From: an uncultured Chloroflexota bacterium
GTDB taxonomy: Bacteria > Chloroflexota > Dehalococcoidia > Lucifugimonadales > GCA-002694895
DNA length: 42,136 nucleotides
NCBI GenBank assembly: GCA_950054395.1
Contig: CATLOZ010000002.1
Span: 1-42,136 of the forward strand
Reading direction: 5' to 3'
Shown here: positions 20,662 through 29,979 of the stretch, in pieces
How positions within the stretch are numbered: the stretch's first letter is position 1
How the letters are laid out: each line of letters opens with the position of its first letter
Made by a program: the position numbers and the translations under genes
The notes under the pieces: generated by a model
The model's input: only the letters and a program-made list of their open reading frames with translations
Databases searched by the model: none
What the model was told of the DNA's origin: nothing

Positions 20662-21831
20662 TTGATTAGTTTTAATACATTGAATTTATTTTTAGTTGAT
20701 TTATTGTCTTTTTTACCTGATAAATTGGTTTTTACAATTTCGGGTTTAATTATGTCAGTGGCTATTTGTACTTTTTTGATCGGATTAGGATCAGTATATA
20801 CTTGGTTTGAGAGGCGAGTGATTGCAAGATTCCAAAATAGATCTGGTCCAAATAGATGGGGTCCATTTGGTATTTTACAGCCTATCGCAGATGCCGTGAA
20901 ATTATTGATTAAAGAAGATATTATTCCGGCAACTGCAGATAAAATGGTTTTTATTGCAGCTCCTATAATATTTCTCTGTACCACTTTATTGGTTTATGCA
21001 TTTCTCCCTCTTGGGATAGATTCACAGCTTGGAAATATAAATGTTGCATTACTGTTTGTGTTAGGTATTACATCAGTTAATGCGTTGTCAGTATTTATGG
21101 CAGGATGGGCTTCAAGAAATAAATATGCAACTTTAGGGGCTATTAGAGCAGTTGCAATGCTAATAAGTTATGAGGTACCTATGGCAATTTCATTAATGGG
21201 AATAGTAATGGTTTCACAATCATTAAGTTTAGTTGGAATTGTAAATGCCCAATCTAACATTCCTTTTATTATATTACAGCCATTGGGAGCTATAACTTTC
21301 ATGATTGCTGCTATTGCTGAAATGAGCAGAGCACCTTTTGATATGATTGAATCAGAGTCTGAGCTTATTGGAGGATATATTACCGAATATGCTGGTATGA
21401 AATTTGCTGTTTTTCAACTTTCTGAATTTTTAGCACCAATATTTACTGCAAGTTTGTTTACTGTTTTATTTCTTGGCGGATCTAATCCTTTGAAATTTTT
21501 AGAATTTTTACCAATTCCTGGTATATTATGGTTTGCTTCTAAGAGTTTTGTTATTACTGCAATATTATTATGGTTTAGGTCTACCTGGCCTAGATTAAGA
21601 ATTGATCAAATTATGGGTTTTGCATGGAAGGTTTTGATGCCAGCGGCAATATTAAATACTTTATTGGTTGGCTTAGAGTTAGTTTTTATTAGAGATAACT
21701 ATATTTTACAGATAATTATTAATATGTTAATTTTTGTAGTTTTTATTTACCTGATTGCAAATATATTAGGTCAAAAAAGATTGAAATTAAAAGAACCTGT
21801 ACCATCAGAATTAGCTAATATGGATGCATAG
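20662..21831 (+). CDS. nuoH: NADH-quinone oxidoreductase subunit H
   Basis: Matches are ERRVIARFQNRSGPNRWGPFGILQPIADAVKL, EMSRAPFD and EYAGMKFA. Confidence 0.95.
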   Translation: MISFNTLNLFLVDLLSFLPDKLVFTISGLIMSVAICTFLIGLGSVYTWFERRVIARFQNRSGPNRWGPFGILQPIADAVKLLIKEDIIPATADKMVFIAAPIIFLCTTLLVYAFLPLGIDSQLGNINVALLFVLGITSVNALSVFMAGWASRNKYATLGAIRAVAMLISYEVPMAISLMGIVMVSQSLSLVGIVNAQSNIPFIILQPLGAITFMIAAIAEMSRAPFDMIESESELIGGYITEYAGMKFAVFQLSEFLAPIFTASLFTVLFLGGSNPLKFLEFLPIPGILWFASKSFVITAILLWFRSTWPRLRIDQIMGFAWKVLMPAAILNTLLVGLELVFIRDNYILQIIINMLIFVVFIYLIANILGQKRLKLKEPVPSELANMDA

Positions 21832-21846
21832 TTTTAGGAGGATAAT

Positions 21847-22515
21847 ATGTATGGATTAGGATTAATAAAAGGATTGGGAATAACATTGAAAAATATCTTG
21901 TTTTTGCAGAGGAGAAATACTACCCAATATCCTGATAGAAAAGCAAGTATTATAGATTTGGCAAAATTAGATAATAAAAATTTTATATCTTATGCGTTTA
22001 CCAATCCTATGAAGACACTTAAATCAATGATGGGAATGATTGTCATATCAGATAAAGTTGATCAGCATCCTAGATTTCGTGGCGAAGAGTTTAGTTGGTA
22101 TGAAGAAAGGTGTACTGGTTGTGCGAGTTGTGCAAAATTTTGTCCTCTGGGCATAATAAAAATTGTAACTGATCAAACTGGTAAGAATTATGCTGAAGGT
22201 CAAAATTATGATATTGAAACTTTTGATATTGATATTGGAAGATGTATGTTTTGTGGATTGTGTGTGGAGGCTTGCCCTTACGATGCTTTGCATATGGGAA
22301 GCGGATTTGAAGAAGGGCAATATAAGAGAAATGATTTAGTTATTGATGTCGAAAGATTGAAAAAAGCTGAAAAGAAACCCAGTACCTGGTTTAGACCCCA
22401 ATTAGAGCAAAAAGATGATTATTCCCCATTTGATGAGGAAATAGCTTGGGATAAAGTCGGAAGGCATCAAAAACCATCAAAAAAAGATCTAAAAAATAAA
22501 TGGATTAGGAAATAA
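21847..22515 (+). CDS. nuoI: NADH-quinone oxidoreductase subunit I, with an internal insertion and a basic C-terminal tail
   Basis: It has two 4Fe-4S motifs, CTGCASCAKFCP and CMFCGLCVEACP. QYPDRK and PRFRG are separated by about 42 aa. Confidence 0.9.
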   Translation: MYGLGLIKGLGITLKNILFLQRRNTTQYPDRKASIIDLAKLDNKNFISYAFTNPMKTLKSMMGMIVISDKVDQHPRFRGEEFSWYEERCTGCASCAKFCPLGIIKIVTDQTGKNYAEGQNYDIETFDIDIGRCMFCGLCVEACPYDALHMGSGFEEGQYKRNDLVIDVERLKKAEKKPSTWFRPQLEQKDDYSPFDEEIAWDKVGRHQKPSKKDLKNKWIRK

Positions 22516-22521
22516 ATATAA

Positions 22522-23046
22522 ATGATGCAAATAGCAGATATAATTTTTTATCTTACAGGATTGATAACACTTAGTAGTGCATTGATGGTCATATTAACCA
22601 AAGATATATTTAGAGCAGCTCTTTTTTTGGCAGCTACTTTTTTGGGTGTAGTTGCATTATTTATTTTACTTTTTGCAGAATTTCTTGCAGCTGTTCAACT
22701 TATAATTTATGTTGGTGCTATTTCAGTTGTTATAATTTTTGCAATTATGTTTACGAAGAATGTAAAAATAGGTAATCCCTTTTCAAATTTTAGAATAACT
22801 GGTTTTTTATTGGGATTATTTATGTGTGGTTTATTAATAATTTCTATTACAGTTTTTGATTGGGATACTATAACAACACTAGATACAAAGGAAATGGAAA
22901 TTGTAGTATATGCTTATCAGAATTCTATATATTATATTGGTAAAATACTTGTTACAAATTTAGTTGTCCCCTTTATTGCCTCTTCGTTTATATTATTAGC
23001 TGCTGTTATAGGGGCTATTAGTTTGGTAAAAGAGAGAACAGAATGA
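22522..23046 (+). CDS. nuoJ: NADH-quinone oxidoreductase subunit J
   Basis: It is a five-TM protein carrying FLAAVQLIIYVGAISVVIIFAIM. Its position in the operon fits, and its TGA stop overlaps the nuoK ATG. Confidence 0.85.
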   Translation: MMQIADIIFYLTGLITLSSALMVILTKDIFRAALFLAATFLGVVALFILLFAEFLAAVQLIIYVGAISVVIIFAIMFTKNVKIGNPFSNFRITGFLLGLFMCGLLIISITVFDWDTITTLDTKEMEIVVYAYQNSIYYIGKILVTNLVVPFIASSFILLAAVIGAISLVKERTE

Positions 23047-23366
23047 CTCTAGAAGGATTTTTAATAATATCTGCTATTTTATTTTGTATTGGACTTACAG
23101 GTGTGGTAATTAAATCTAATATTATAGCTATTTTGATGTCAGTTGAATTAATGTTAAATTCAGTTAATATTGCAGCTGTAGCAGCTTCAAGATATGTTCC
23201 TCCAATTACTTTAGATCCTTCGCAGGTATTAATGGGTAATATGTTTGCAGTTTTTGTAATAACCATTGCTGCTGCAGAAGTAGCTTTAGGTTTAGCTATT
23301 GTTATGAGTGTATATAAAGATAAGCAAAGTATTTTTATTAAAGACGCATCTCATCTTAAAGGGTAA
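23043..23366 (+). CDS. nuoK: NADH-quinone oxidoreductase subunit K
   Basis: This 107-aa protein has three TM segments and carries LMSVELMLNSVNIAAVA and AAAEVALGLAIV. Confidence 0.9.
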   Translation: MTLEGFLIISAILFCIGLTGVVIKSNIIAILMSVELMLNSVNIAAVAASRYVPPITLDPSQVLMGNMFAVFVITIAAAEVALGLAIVMSVYKDKQSIFIKDASHLKG

Positions 23367-23371
23367 AAAGT

Positions 23372-23569
23372 ATGTGGACTAAATATTCTACAGCACCAAA
23401 TTTAATTTCTGCGGAAATGTGGAAAAATACAATTGAGTCAGAGGGACTTCCTTGTAAGATTTTACCAGAAAATCAAGATATTTTAGATTGGTCAGAAAAT
23501 TCAAATTTTGTTATTTATGTTCCGATAGGAAGGGAACATGTAGCTGATGAAATTATAAGGAAGATTTAA
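23372..23569 (+). CDS. Small soluble DUF2007-like (PII/ferredoxin-fold 'putative signal transducing') protein inserted in the nuo operon
   Basis: This 65-aa ORF has no TM segment. It starts 5 nt after the nuoK stop, and its own stop abuts the nuoL ATG. APNLISAEMWKNTIESEGLPCKILPEN...FVIYVPIGREHVADEII matches my recollection of the DUF2007 profile. Confidence 0.5.
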   Translation: MWTKYSTAPNLISAEMWKNTIESEGLPCKILPENQDILDWSENSNFVIYVPIGREHVADEIIRKI

Positions 23570-25492
23570 ATGAACATACAAATAATTGGCATTTTTGTAT
23601 TGCCAATTTTTACAATATTAACGATTGTTTTGTTATATCCTTTCAGAACAATTCCAAAGAAATACATAGGTTTATTTTTTACTATTTCATCATTTGTATT
23701 ATTTATCCTTTCATGTTTTGTATTTTTAGATTTCCATACTCCTGAAAACCCTGAAGTTTTTGCAATTGAATTTTTGAAAGTTGACAGTTTTATTTTGAGA
23801 TTTTCTATTTATTTGAATTCTTTAACTTCTGTAATGTTATTTATAGTATGCTCAGTAAGTTTCTTAATCCATATGTTTTCATTAGGTTATATGAAGGATT
23901 TTGAATACCCAAGATATTATATTTTCTTACATTTATTTACTTGGTCAATGCTGGGATTAGTATTAGCTGGTAATTTAATACAAATGTTTGTGTTTTGGGA
24001 ATTAGTTGGTTTGTGTTCATATTTGTTAATTGGATTTTGGTATGATAAGAAATCAGCAACTGATGCTGCTAAAAAAGCTTTTATTATTACCAGAATTGGT
24101 GATTTTGGCTTTATGATAGGTATTCTTTATATTGTTTCTAATATATCAAGAATTACACCTTTGATTTCAACCGGATTAAATTCTGTTGCAGATCCTTTAT
24201 CAATTACATCTTTAAATCAGGCATTACAAGCACCAGGAGGGAATGAATTAGCTTTGATTTTTAGCTTGGGAATATTATTTGGTGCAATTGGTAAATCTGC
24301 GCAATTTCCATTACATACTTGGCTGCCAGATGCTATGGAAGGGCCTACACCGGTTAGTGCATTAATTCATGCTGCTACTATGGTGGCAGCAGGAGTATTT
24401 TTGATAGGTAGATTTCTGCCGGTTTTTCCTGACCAAGTATTGCAGTTAACAGTAATAATTGGAGCTATAACTGCTTTAGGGGCGGCCATTCTTGGAACTG
24501 TAATGAATGATGTTAAAAAAGTATTAGCATATTCTACTATTAGTCAACTCGGATATATGGTTATGGCATTAGGTATGTTTTTATCTACTGCAGCTTTTTT
24601 CCATTTATTCACCCATGCATTTTTCAAAGCATTATTATTTTTAGCTGCCGGCAGTTTAAGTCATGCAGTCGGCACTTTTGATATGAAAAAAATGGGGGGC
24701 TTGAAACAATATATGCCTTGGACATATATATTTTTCATAGTTGGGACTTTTAGTTTGGTTGGATTTTTCCCATTTTCAGGATTTTGGAGTAAGGATGAAA
24801 TATTAGCACAGATAATTGATTCAAATAGAAATTTTAATAATTTGATTTACTTAGTAGGTTCAGCAGGTATTTTCTTTACCTCTTTTTACATGTTTAGAGC
24901 ATTATTTATGATTTTTGAAGGAAATTATGATGGCAGAAAGAACCCGGGAGTTCGCGTACATGAAAGTAGTTATATATTATTAATACCAATGGGGTTATTA
25001 GCTTTTGGATCTTTGTTTTTTGGTTTTCTGTTTAACGCACCATTTGAATTAGGATTTATAAAATCACATTGGTTTAATTATTTTATTGCGGGTGATGAGT
25101 TTCACGCTCATAAATTTAATTATCAAGTTGCATTAATATCCCACGTGTTAGGTTTATTAGGATTAATTTCTGCTTTTCTTCAATATAAATACCTAAAGAA
25201 TCTGAATTTATCAATATTAACTCCTTTAAAGACTTTCCTTATAGAAAAATATTATTTAGATCATTTATATGAAAACTTGATTGTTAAGAATTTGTTTTAT
25301 AGTAAATTGACTAAACTGCTAGCTTATATTGATAAGAATGTTATAGATAGAACATGGGATAATTGTGCTCTATCTATAAAAAAATTCTCTTCACAATTAT
25401 CGGTTATACAAAATGGGCAGGCACAGCAGTACCTAATTGGTATACCTTTAGGATTATTTATTGTAACTTTTATTTTTCTATTGTGGGGATAA
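23570..25492 (+). CDS. nuoL: NADH-quinone oxidoreductase subunit L
   Basis: It is a 640-aa antiporter-like subunit carrying WELVGLCSYLLIGFW and HTWLPDAMEGPTPVSALIHAATMVAAG. Confidence 0.95.
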   Translation: MNIQIIGIFVLPIFTILTIVLLYPFRTIPKKYIGLFFTISSFVLFILSCFVFLDFHTPENPEVFAIEFLKVDSFILRFSIYLNSLTSVMLFIVCSVSFLIHMFSLGYMKDFEYPRYYIFLHLFTWSMLGLVLAGNLIQMFVFWELVGLCSYLLIGFWYDKKSATDAAKKAFIITRIGDFGFMIGILYIVSNISRITPLISTGLNSVADPLSITSLNQALQAPGGNELALIFSLGILFGAIGKSAQFPLHTWLPDAMEGPTPVSALIHAATMVAAGVFLIGRFLPVFPDQVLQLTVIIGAITALGAAILGTVMNDVKKVLAYSTISQLGYMVMALGMFLSTAAFFHLFTHAFFKALLFLAAGSLSHAVGTFDMKKMGGLKQYMPWTYIFFIVGTFSLVGFFPFSGFWSKDEILAQIIDSNRNFNNLIYLVGSAGIFFTSFYMFRALFMIFEGNYDGRKNPGVRVHESSYILLIPMGLLAFGSLFFGFLFNAPFELGFIKSHWFNYFIAGDEFHAHKFNYQVALISHVLGLLGLISAFLQYKYLKNLNLSILTPLKTFLIEKYYLDHLYENLIVKNLFYSKLTKLLAYIDKNVIDRTWDNCALSIKKFSSQLSVIQNGQAQQYLIGIPLGLFIVTFIFLLWG

Positions 25493-25493
25493 A

Positions 25494-26963
25494 TTGAGTA
25501 ATTCAATTATATTATTATCAATTGTTTTCATACCTGCTATAGGAGGTATTTTAGGGGCTATTTTTCTTAAAGACAAATTATTAGAAAAATTTGTCTATTT
25601 AATTTCATATATACAATTAATTTTATGTACTTATATATACATACAATTTGCTTTTTTTGGATACGAACAGATTTCTGTTTTATATGAGTGGATTAATATA
25701 GGTAAAGTTAACGTAGATTTTTATATTAAACTTGACGGATTGAATGCGCCATTAATATTATTAGCCGGAATTTTAACCACGGTAGCTGTCCATGCATCAA
25801 ATCATATTAGAGAAAGGATTAATGAATATTATTTTTGGTTGTTTTTATTGATTACCGGAGTGTTTGGGGTATTTTTATCATTTGATTTAATATTATTTTT
25901 CTTTTTCTTTGAACTTGAAATTATTCCTATGTTTTTCTTGATATCTATATGGGGAACTGGAAGGAAAGAATATTCTGCTATGAAATTCTTATTATTCACT
26001 TTGTCAGGAAGTGCTCTGATGATAATTGGTTTTTTATGCATATATTTTTCTTCCGGTACTTTTAATTTAGATGAGTTAAATCGAATTCAAATTAATTGGA
26101 TAATTCCAAGTACTTTTGTATTTATTTTAATATTTATAGGATTTTCAATTAAACTCCCTATGTGGCCTTTTCATGGATGGTTGCCTGATGCTCATACAGA
26201 CGCACCTACAGCTGCCAGTGTTTTATTAGCAGGATTACTTTTGAAAATGGGTGGTTATGGAATAATCAGAATTTGTTATTCTTTAATGTCCTCTGATGCA
26301 CAAAATTTATCTTTAATAATTAGTGTCTTTGGAGTAATTAGTGTAATTTATGGAGCGTTAATGACCTTAAGGCAAACTGATTTAAAACGTTTGGTAGCAT
26401 TTAGTAGTGTAAGCCATATGGGATATATACTTATAGGATTAAGTGCTTTTTCTAGTTCAGATTTAATTACTCAAAAATTAGGACTTAGTGGAGCTTCTTT
26501 ACAGATGGTTTCTCATGGATTGATTACCGGTTTATTATTTTATTTGGTGGGAGGGATATATGAAAAATGTAAAACAAGAGAAGTTTATGAGTTAGGAGGA
26601 TTGTCTAGTCATTTTAAATTTACTTCTGTTGCTTTAGCAATTAGTGGAATGGCTTCTTTGGGACTTCCTGGAACAAGTGGATTTATTGCTGAAATTATGG
26701 TTTTTATGGGCGGCTTTGCTGAATATAATATATTGACGTCAATTTCTGTCTTTGGAGTTGTATTAGCTGCCGGATATATCTTATGGATGTTACAACGAGT
26801 TATATTTGGGACATCTAATAATGATTACAGTAAATTATCAGATTTAAATATTGTAGAAAAAATCCCTGTGCTTATATTACTTTTCTCGATTTTGTTTATA
26901 GGAATTTATCCAAGATTTATTACTGATGTATTAAATATTGGAATTAACGGAATTATAAATTGA
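25494..26963 (+). CDS. nuoM: NADH-quinone oxidoreductase subunit M
   Basis: It carries FELEIIPMFFLI and HGWLPDAHTDAPTAASVLLAGLLLKMGGYG. It uses a TTG start 1 nt after the nuoL stop. Confidence 0.95.
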   Translation: MSNSIILLSIVFIPAIGGILGAIFLKDKLLEKFVYLISYIQLILCTYIYIQFAFFGYEQISVLYEWINIGKVNVDFYIKLDGLNAPLILLAGILTTVAVHASNHIRERINEYYFWLFLLITGVFGVFLSFDLILFFFFFELEIIPMFFLISIWGTGRKEYSAMKFLLFTLSGSALMIIGFLCIYFSSGTFNLDELNRIQINWIIPSTFVFILIFIGFSIKLPMWPFHGWLPDAHTDAPTAASVLLAGLLLKMGGYGIIRICYSLMSSDAQNLSLIISVFGVISVIYGALMTLRQTDLKRLVAFSSVSHMGYILIGLSAFSSSDLITQKLGLSGASLQMVSHGLITGLLFYLVGGIYEKCKTREVYELGGLSSHFKFTSVALAISGMASLGLPGTSGFIAEIMVFMGGFAEYNILTSISVFGVVLAAGYILWMLQRVIFGTSNNDYSKLSDLNIVEKIPVLILLFSILFIGIYPRFITDVLNIGINGIIN

Positions 26964-26976
26964 GCAGGATATATGA

Positions 26977-28575
26977 ATGTTATCACCAATTAATATAGAA
27001 GATATAATAAATATTTTACCTGAATTAATAATATTATTTACAGGATCCATTATTCTCATTAATGGAGTGACTTCGAGATCAAATAAAGTTTCTTATTATG
27101 TTGCTATTTCAGGAACTTTTATTGGATTGATAACTAAATTAATTCTTATTTTTGCGTTATATGAAAATATGAATTATGAAAGTATATTCATGGGAACCCT
27201 TGTTGCAGGTAGTTTGGAAAGTTTATTTTCACTCATATTTTTAATTGCATTATTTGTTTGCTTAAATATGACTAAATATTATCAGGATCAAATCACATCT
27301 TTTAAATCGGAATTTTATGGATTATTAATGTATTCAACAGCTGGCATGATGTTACTTGCTAGATCTAATGAAATGATAACAGCGTATGTATCCTTAGAAC
27401 TTGCAACATTACCTTTGATTGCTTTGGTTGCTTTAGGAAAAGGGAAATTATCTAAAGAATCTGGACTAAAATATTTAGTTTTAAGTGCTGTTAGTACAAG
27501 TTTCTTTTTATTAGGTGTTGTATATATATATGCTTTGACGGGCACAACGTTTATATCAAGTGAGAATCCTAATATTAGCATACATTATGGTACTATATTC
27601 CAAGGCATCTCACATGCTCAGGTAATGTTTCCATCTGATTTATTTGTCTCTGTTTCTTCTTTGGACATTTCAAATATTATTATTCTTATATCAATTATAT
27701 TTATTTTTATAGGTTTATTATTTAAATTAGGTGTTTTTCCATTCCATTTTTGGATTCCAGATGTATACGAAGGCGCTCCAACCCCTATTACGATGTTCTT
27801 ATCTGTTGCAAGTAAGTCTGCAGGTATTGCAATTCTACTTAGAATTGTATTGAGTATATTTAATATTGCTGATGTTTCAAATACTTCATGGCATGCTGTT
27901 TTAAATTGGCCTGATATTAGTTTATCTATAGCTATATTAAGTGTTTTTAGTATGTTAGTTGGAAATATTTTAGCTATTAATCAGAATAGTCTAAAAAGAA
28001 TGCTGGCATATAGTTCTATAGCACAAGCAGGTTATATATTAATAGGATTTGTTGCATTATTAAGTTCATCTGAAATCAAGGATGCTGTTTATAATTCTTC
28101 TGTTATGGTTGCCTATATTTTTGGTTATATGTTCACTAATTTGGCTGCTTTTTATTCTATGGGAGCAATCAAACAAAATTTAGAAACATATGATTTTAAT
28201 CAATTCAAAGGATTTGGAAGAATTGATGTTTTGAATTCTTTTGTGTTGTCAATTTCTATGTTATCCCTTATAGGAATACCTCCAACTATAGGATTTATAA
28301 CAAAACTGTTTTTATTCAGCTCTGGAATTAATTCGGGATTTACATGGTTAGTTATATTTGGTTTGATAAATACTGTTATTTCAGCTTATTATTACCTTAG
28401 AATTATTAAAGTATTGTATTTGGAAAAAAGTGAATTTTCTTTTGATAATCAATTACAAGCAATAAAAGTTTCTAAATTAGCTGTGTTACTTTTGATATCT
28501 ATTGTTGTTTTCGGAGTGTATCCTGATCCAATTTTTGATTTCTGTTATGATGCTATAAATTCAGTAATTAATTAA
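26977..28575 (+). CDS. nuoN: NADH-quinone oxidoreductase subunit N
   Basis: It carries FHFWIPDVYEGAPTPITMFLSVASK and MLAYSSIAQAGYIL. Confidence 0.9.
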   Translation: MLSPINIEDIINILPELIILFTGSIILINGVTSRSNKVSYYVAISGTFIGLITKLILIFALYENMNYESIFMGTLVAGSLESLFSLIFLIALFVCLNMTKYYQDQITSFKSEFYGLLMYSTAGMMLLARSNEMITAYVSLELATLPLIALVALGKGKLSKESGLKYLVLSAVSTSFFLLGVVYIYALTGTTFISSENPNISIHYGTIFQGISHAQVMFPSDLFVSVSSLDISNIIILISIIFIFIGLLFKLGVFPFHFWIPDVYEGAPTPITMFLSVASKSAGIAILLRIVLSIFNIADVSNTSWHAVLNWPDISLSIAILSVFSMLVGNILAINQNSLKRMLAYSSIAQAGYILIGFVALLSSSEIKDAVYNSSVMVAYIFGYMFTNLAAFYSMGAIKQNLETYDFNQFKGFGRIDVLNSFVLSISMLSLIGIPPTIGFITKLFLFSSGINSGFTWLVIFGLINTVISAYYYLRIIKVLYLEKSEFSFDNQLQAIKVSKLAVLLLISIVVFGVYPDPIFDFCYDAINSVIN

Positions 28576-28593
28576 TTTTAAATTAAATAAGTT

Positions 28594-29433
28594 ATGTTAA
28601 TAGGTATAATTTCAAAAACTGGCATAGAAAAATCATTAGATCTTTCAACTAAAATAGTAGAAAAGATTTCAAGTGATCACGATGTATGGGTGTCAGACGT
28701 AGATGAAATAAACATATATAAATCTAAATTCAAAGATACTCAATTAATTATTACTCTTGGAGGTGATGGGACTATTCTAAGTGTAGCAAGATCTATTAGT
28801 AGTTTTGGAATCCCTATTTTAGGAATTAATTTGGGTAGGGTAGGTTTTATGACAGAAATTCCTTATTCGGATTCTTTAGAAATACTTCCCAAAGTATTGG
28901 AGAATATTAATAAATTTAGAATTGAAAAGAGACTTATGCTTAAAGCCATAGGAATATCTAATAATCAGAAATTTGAATTAAACGCTTTGAATGATATCGT
29001 TTTGGGACATCAATCTGTTTCACGCCTGATGGATATTGATGTTTATGTTGATTCAGAATTGATGGCACAATATAGAGCTGATGGTATTATAATATCTTCT
29101 CCGTCAGGTAGTACGGGTTATTCTTTAGCTGCTGGAGGTTCAATTATAACTCCTGAACAGAAATTGATGTTAATTCAACCCATAGCTCCTCATATGAGCT
29201 TAGATGTTGGAGTGATTGTTCCTGATCATTCTAAAATTTCTATTAATATTGCAAGCCCAAACAAAGCTGTAGTGAGTGCTGATGGTTTTGATGAAGTAGT
29301 ACTTGGGGAAAAAGATAAAATTGATGTTGAGATAAGTAAACATGTAACAAGGTTTCTAAGGTTAAATAACCAATCGGATTTTTATAAACAATTAACATCG
29401 AGATTGAAAAGAGATGTGCTTAAAAATAAATAA
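28594..29433 (+). CDS. nadK: NAD(+) kinase
   Basis: It carries the GGDGTIL motif, LGINLGRVGFM, and ADGIIISSPSGSTGYSLAAGG. Confidence 0.9.
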   Translation: MLIGIISKTGIEKSLDLSTKIVEKISSDHDVWVSDVDEINIYKSKFKDTQLIITLGGDGTILSVARSISSFGIPILGINLGRVGFMTEIPYSDSLEILPKVLENINKFRIEKRLMLKAIGISNNQKFELNALNDIVLGHQSVSRLMDIDVYVDSELMAQYRADGIIISSPSGSTGYSLAAGGSIITPEQKLMLIQPIAPHMSLDVGVIVPDHSKISINIASPNKAVVSADGFDEVVLGEKDKIDVEISKHVTRFLRLNNQSDFYKQLTSRLKRDVLKNK

Positions 29434-29498
29434 TTATTTTCAAGATGATATAATTATTAGTGACAATTTTCACTAAATATTTATTAAAGGATTAATTT

Positions 29499-29945
29499 AT
29501 GAGAAATATTTTTTTTGGTTTGATTATATTAATTTTGATTATTGGATGTAGTTCATCAGATAATCAGTCAAATAAAACTAATGAGATTATAAGTCCACCG
29601 CCTCCTGCAAAAGTAACTGGAGATTTGAAAACCGAAAAAGAATTATCAGCACAAGAAACTAAAGACAAGGGTAAATTGGTAGAAATTCAAATGTTAGATG
29701 CTGGTGAAACTTATACTTATGAACCCTCTAATTTAACCTTTAAAGCTGGTGAGAAAATAACTTTTAAAATAACATCTGAAACAGAGTTTCATACATTCAC
29801 AATTGATGAATTAGATATATATGAAACTGCAGATGCTGGTGAAAGCTATGAATTTACAATAACATTTGAAACTGCTGGGACATATAGATTATACTGTGTG
29901 CCTCATGAGACATTAGGAATGATCGGAGAAATTACCATTCAGTAA
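29499..29945 (+). CDS. Type-1 blue copper protein (plastocyanin/amicyanin-like), lipoprotein
   Basis: The signal peptide has the lipobox LIIGC. Copper ligands are His in TEFHTF and the C-x2-H-x4-M motif in YRLYCVPHETLGMIGEITIQ. Confidence 0.85.
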   Translation: MRNIFFGLIILILIIGCSSSDNQSNKTNEIISPPPPAKVTGDLKTEKELSAQETKDKGKLVEIQMLDAGETYTYEPSNLTFKAGEKITFKITSETEFHTFTIDELDIYETADAGESYEFTITFETAGTYRLYCVPHETLGMIGEITIQ

Positions 29946-29979
29946 TTGTAATCAATTATTAGTTGATATGGGTTAACCC

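Noticed and set aside
29951-29979. Short inverted repeats (atcaa..ttgat and gggttaaccc) between the convergent cupredoxin and IMPase genes, considered as a bidirectional terminator
   Set aside because: The stems are 3-5 bp once a realistic loop is allowed, and there is no flanking T/A tract. That is too weak to call.
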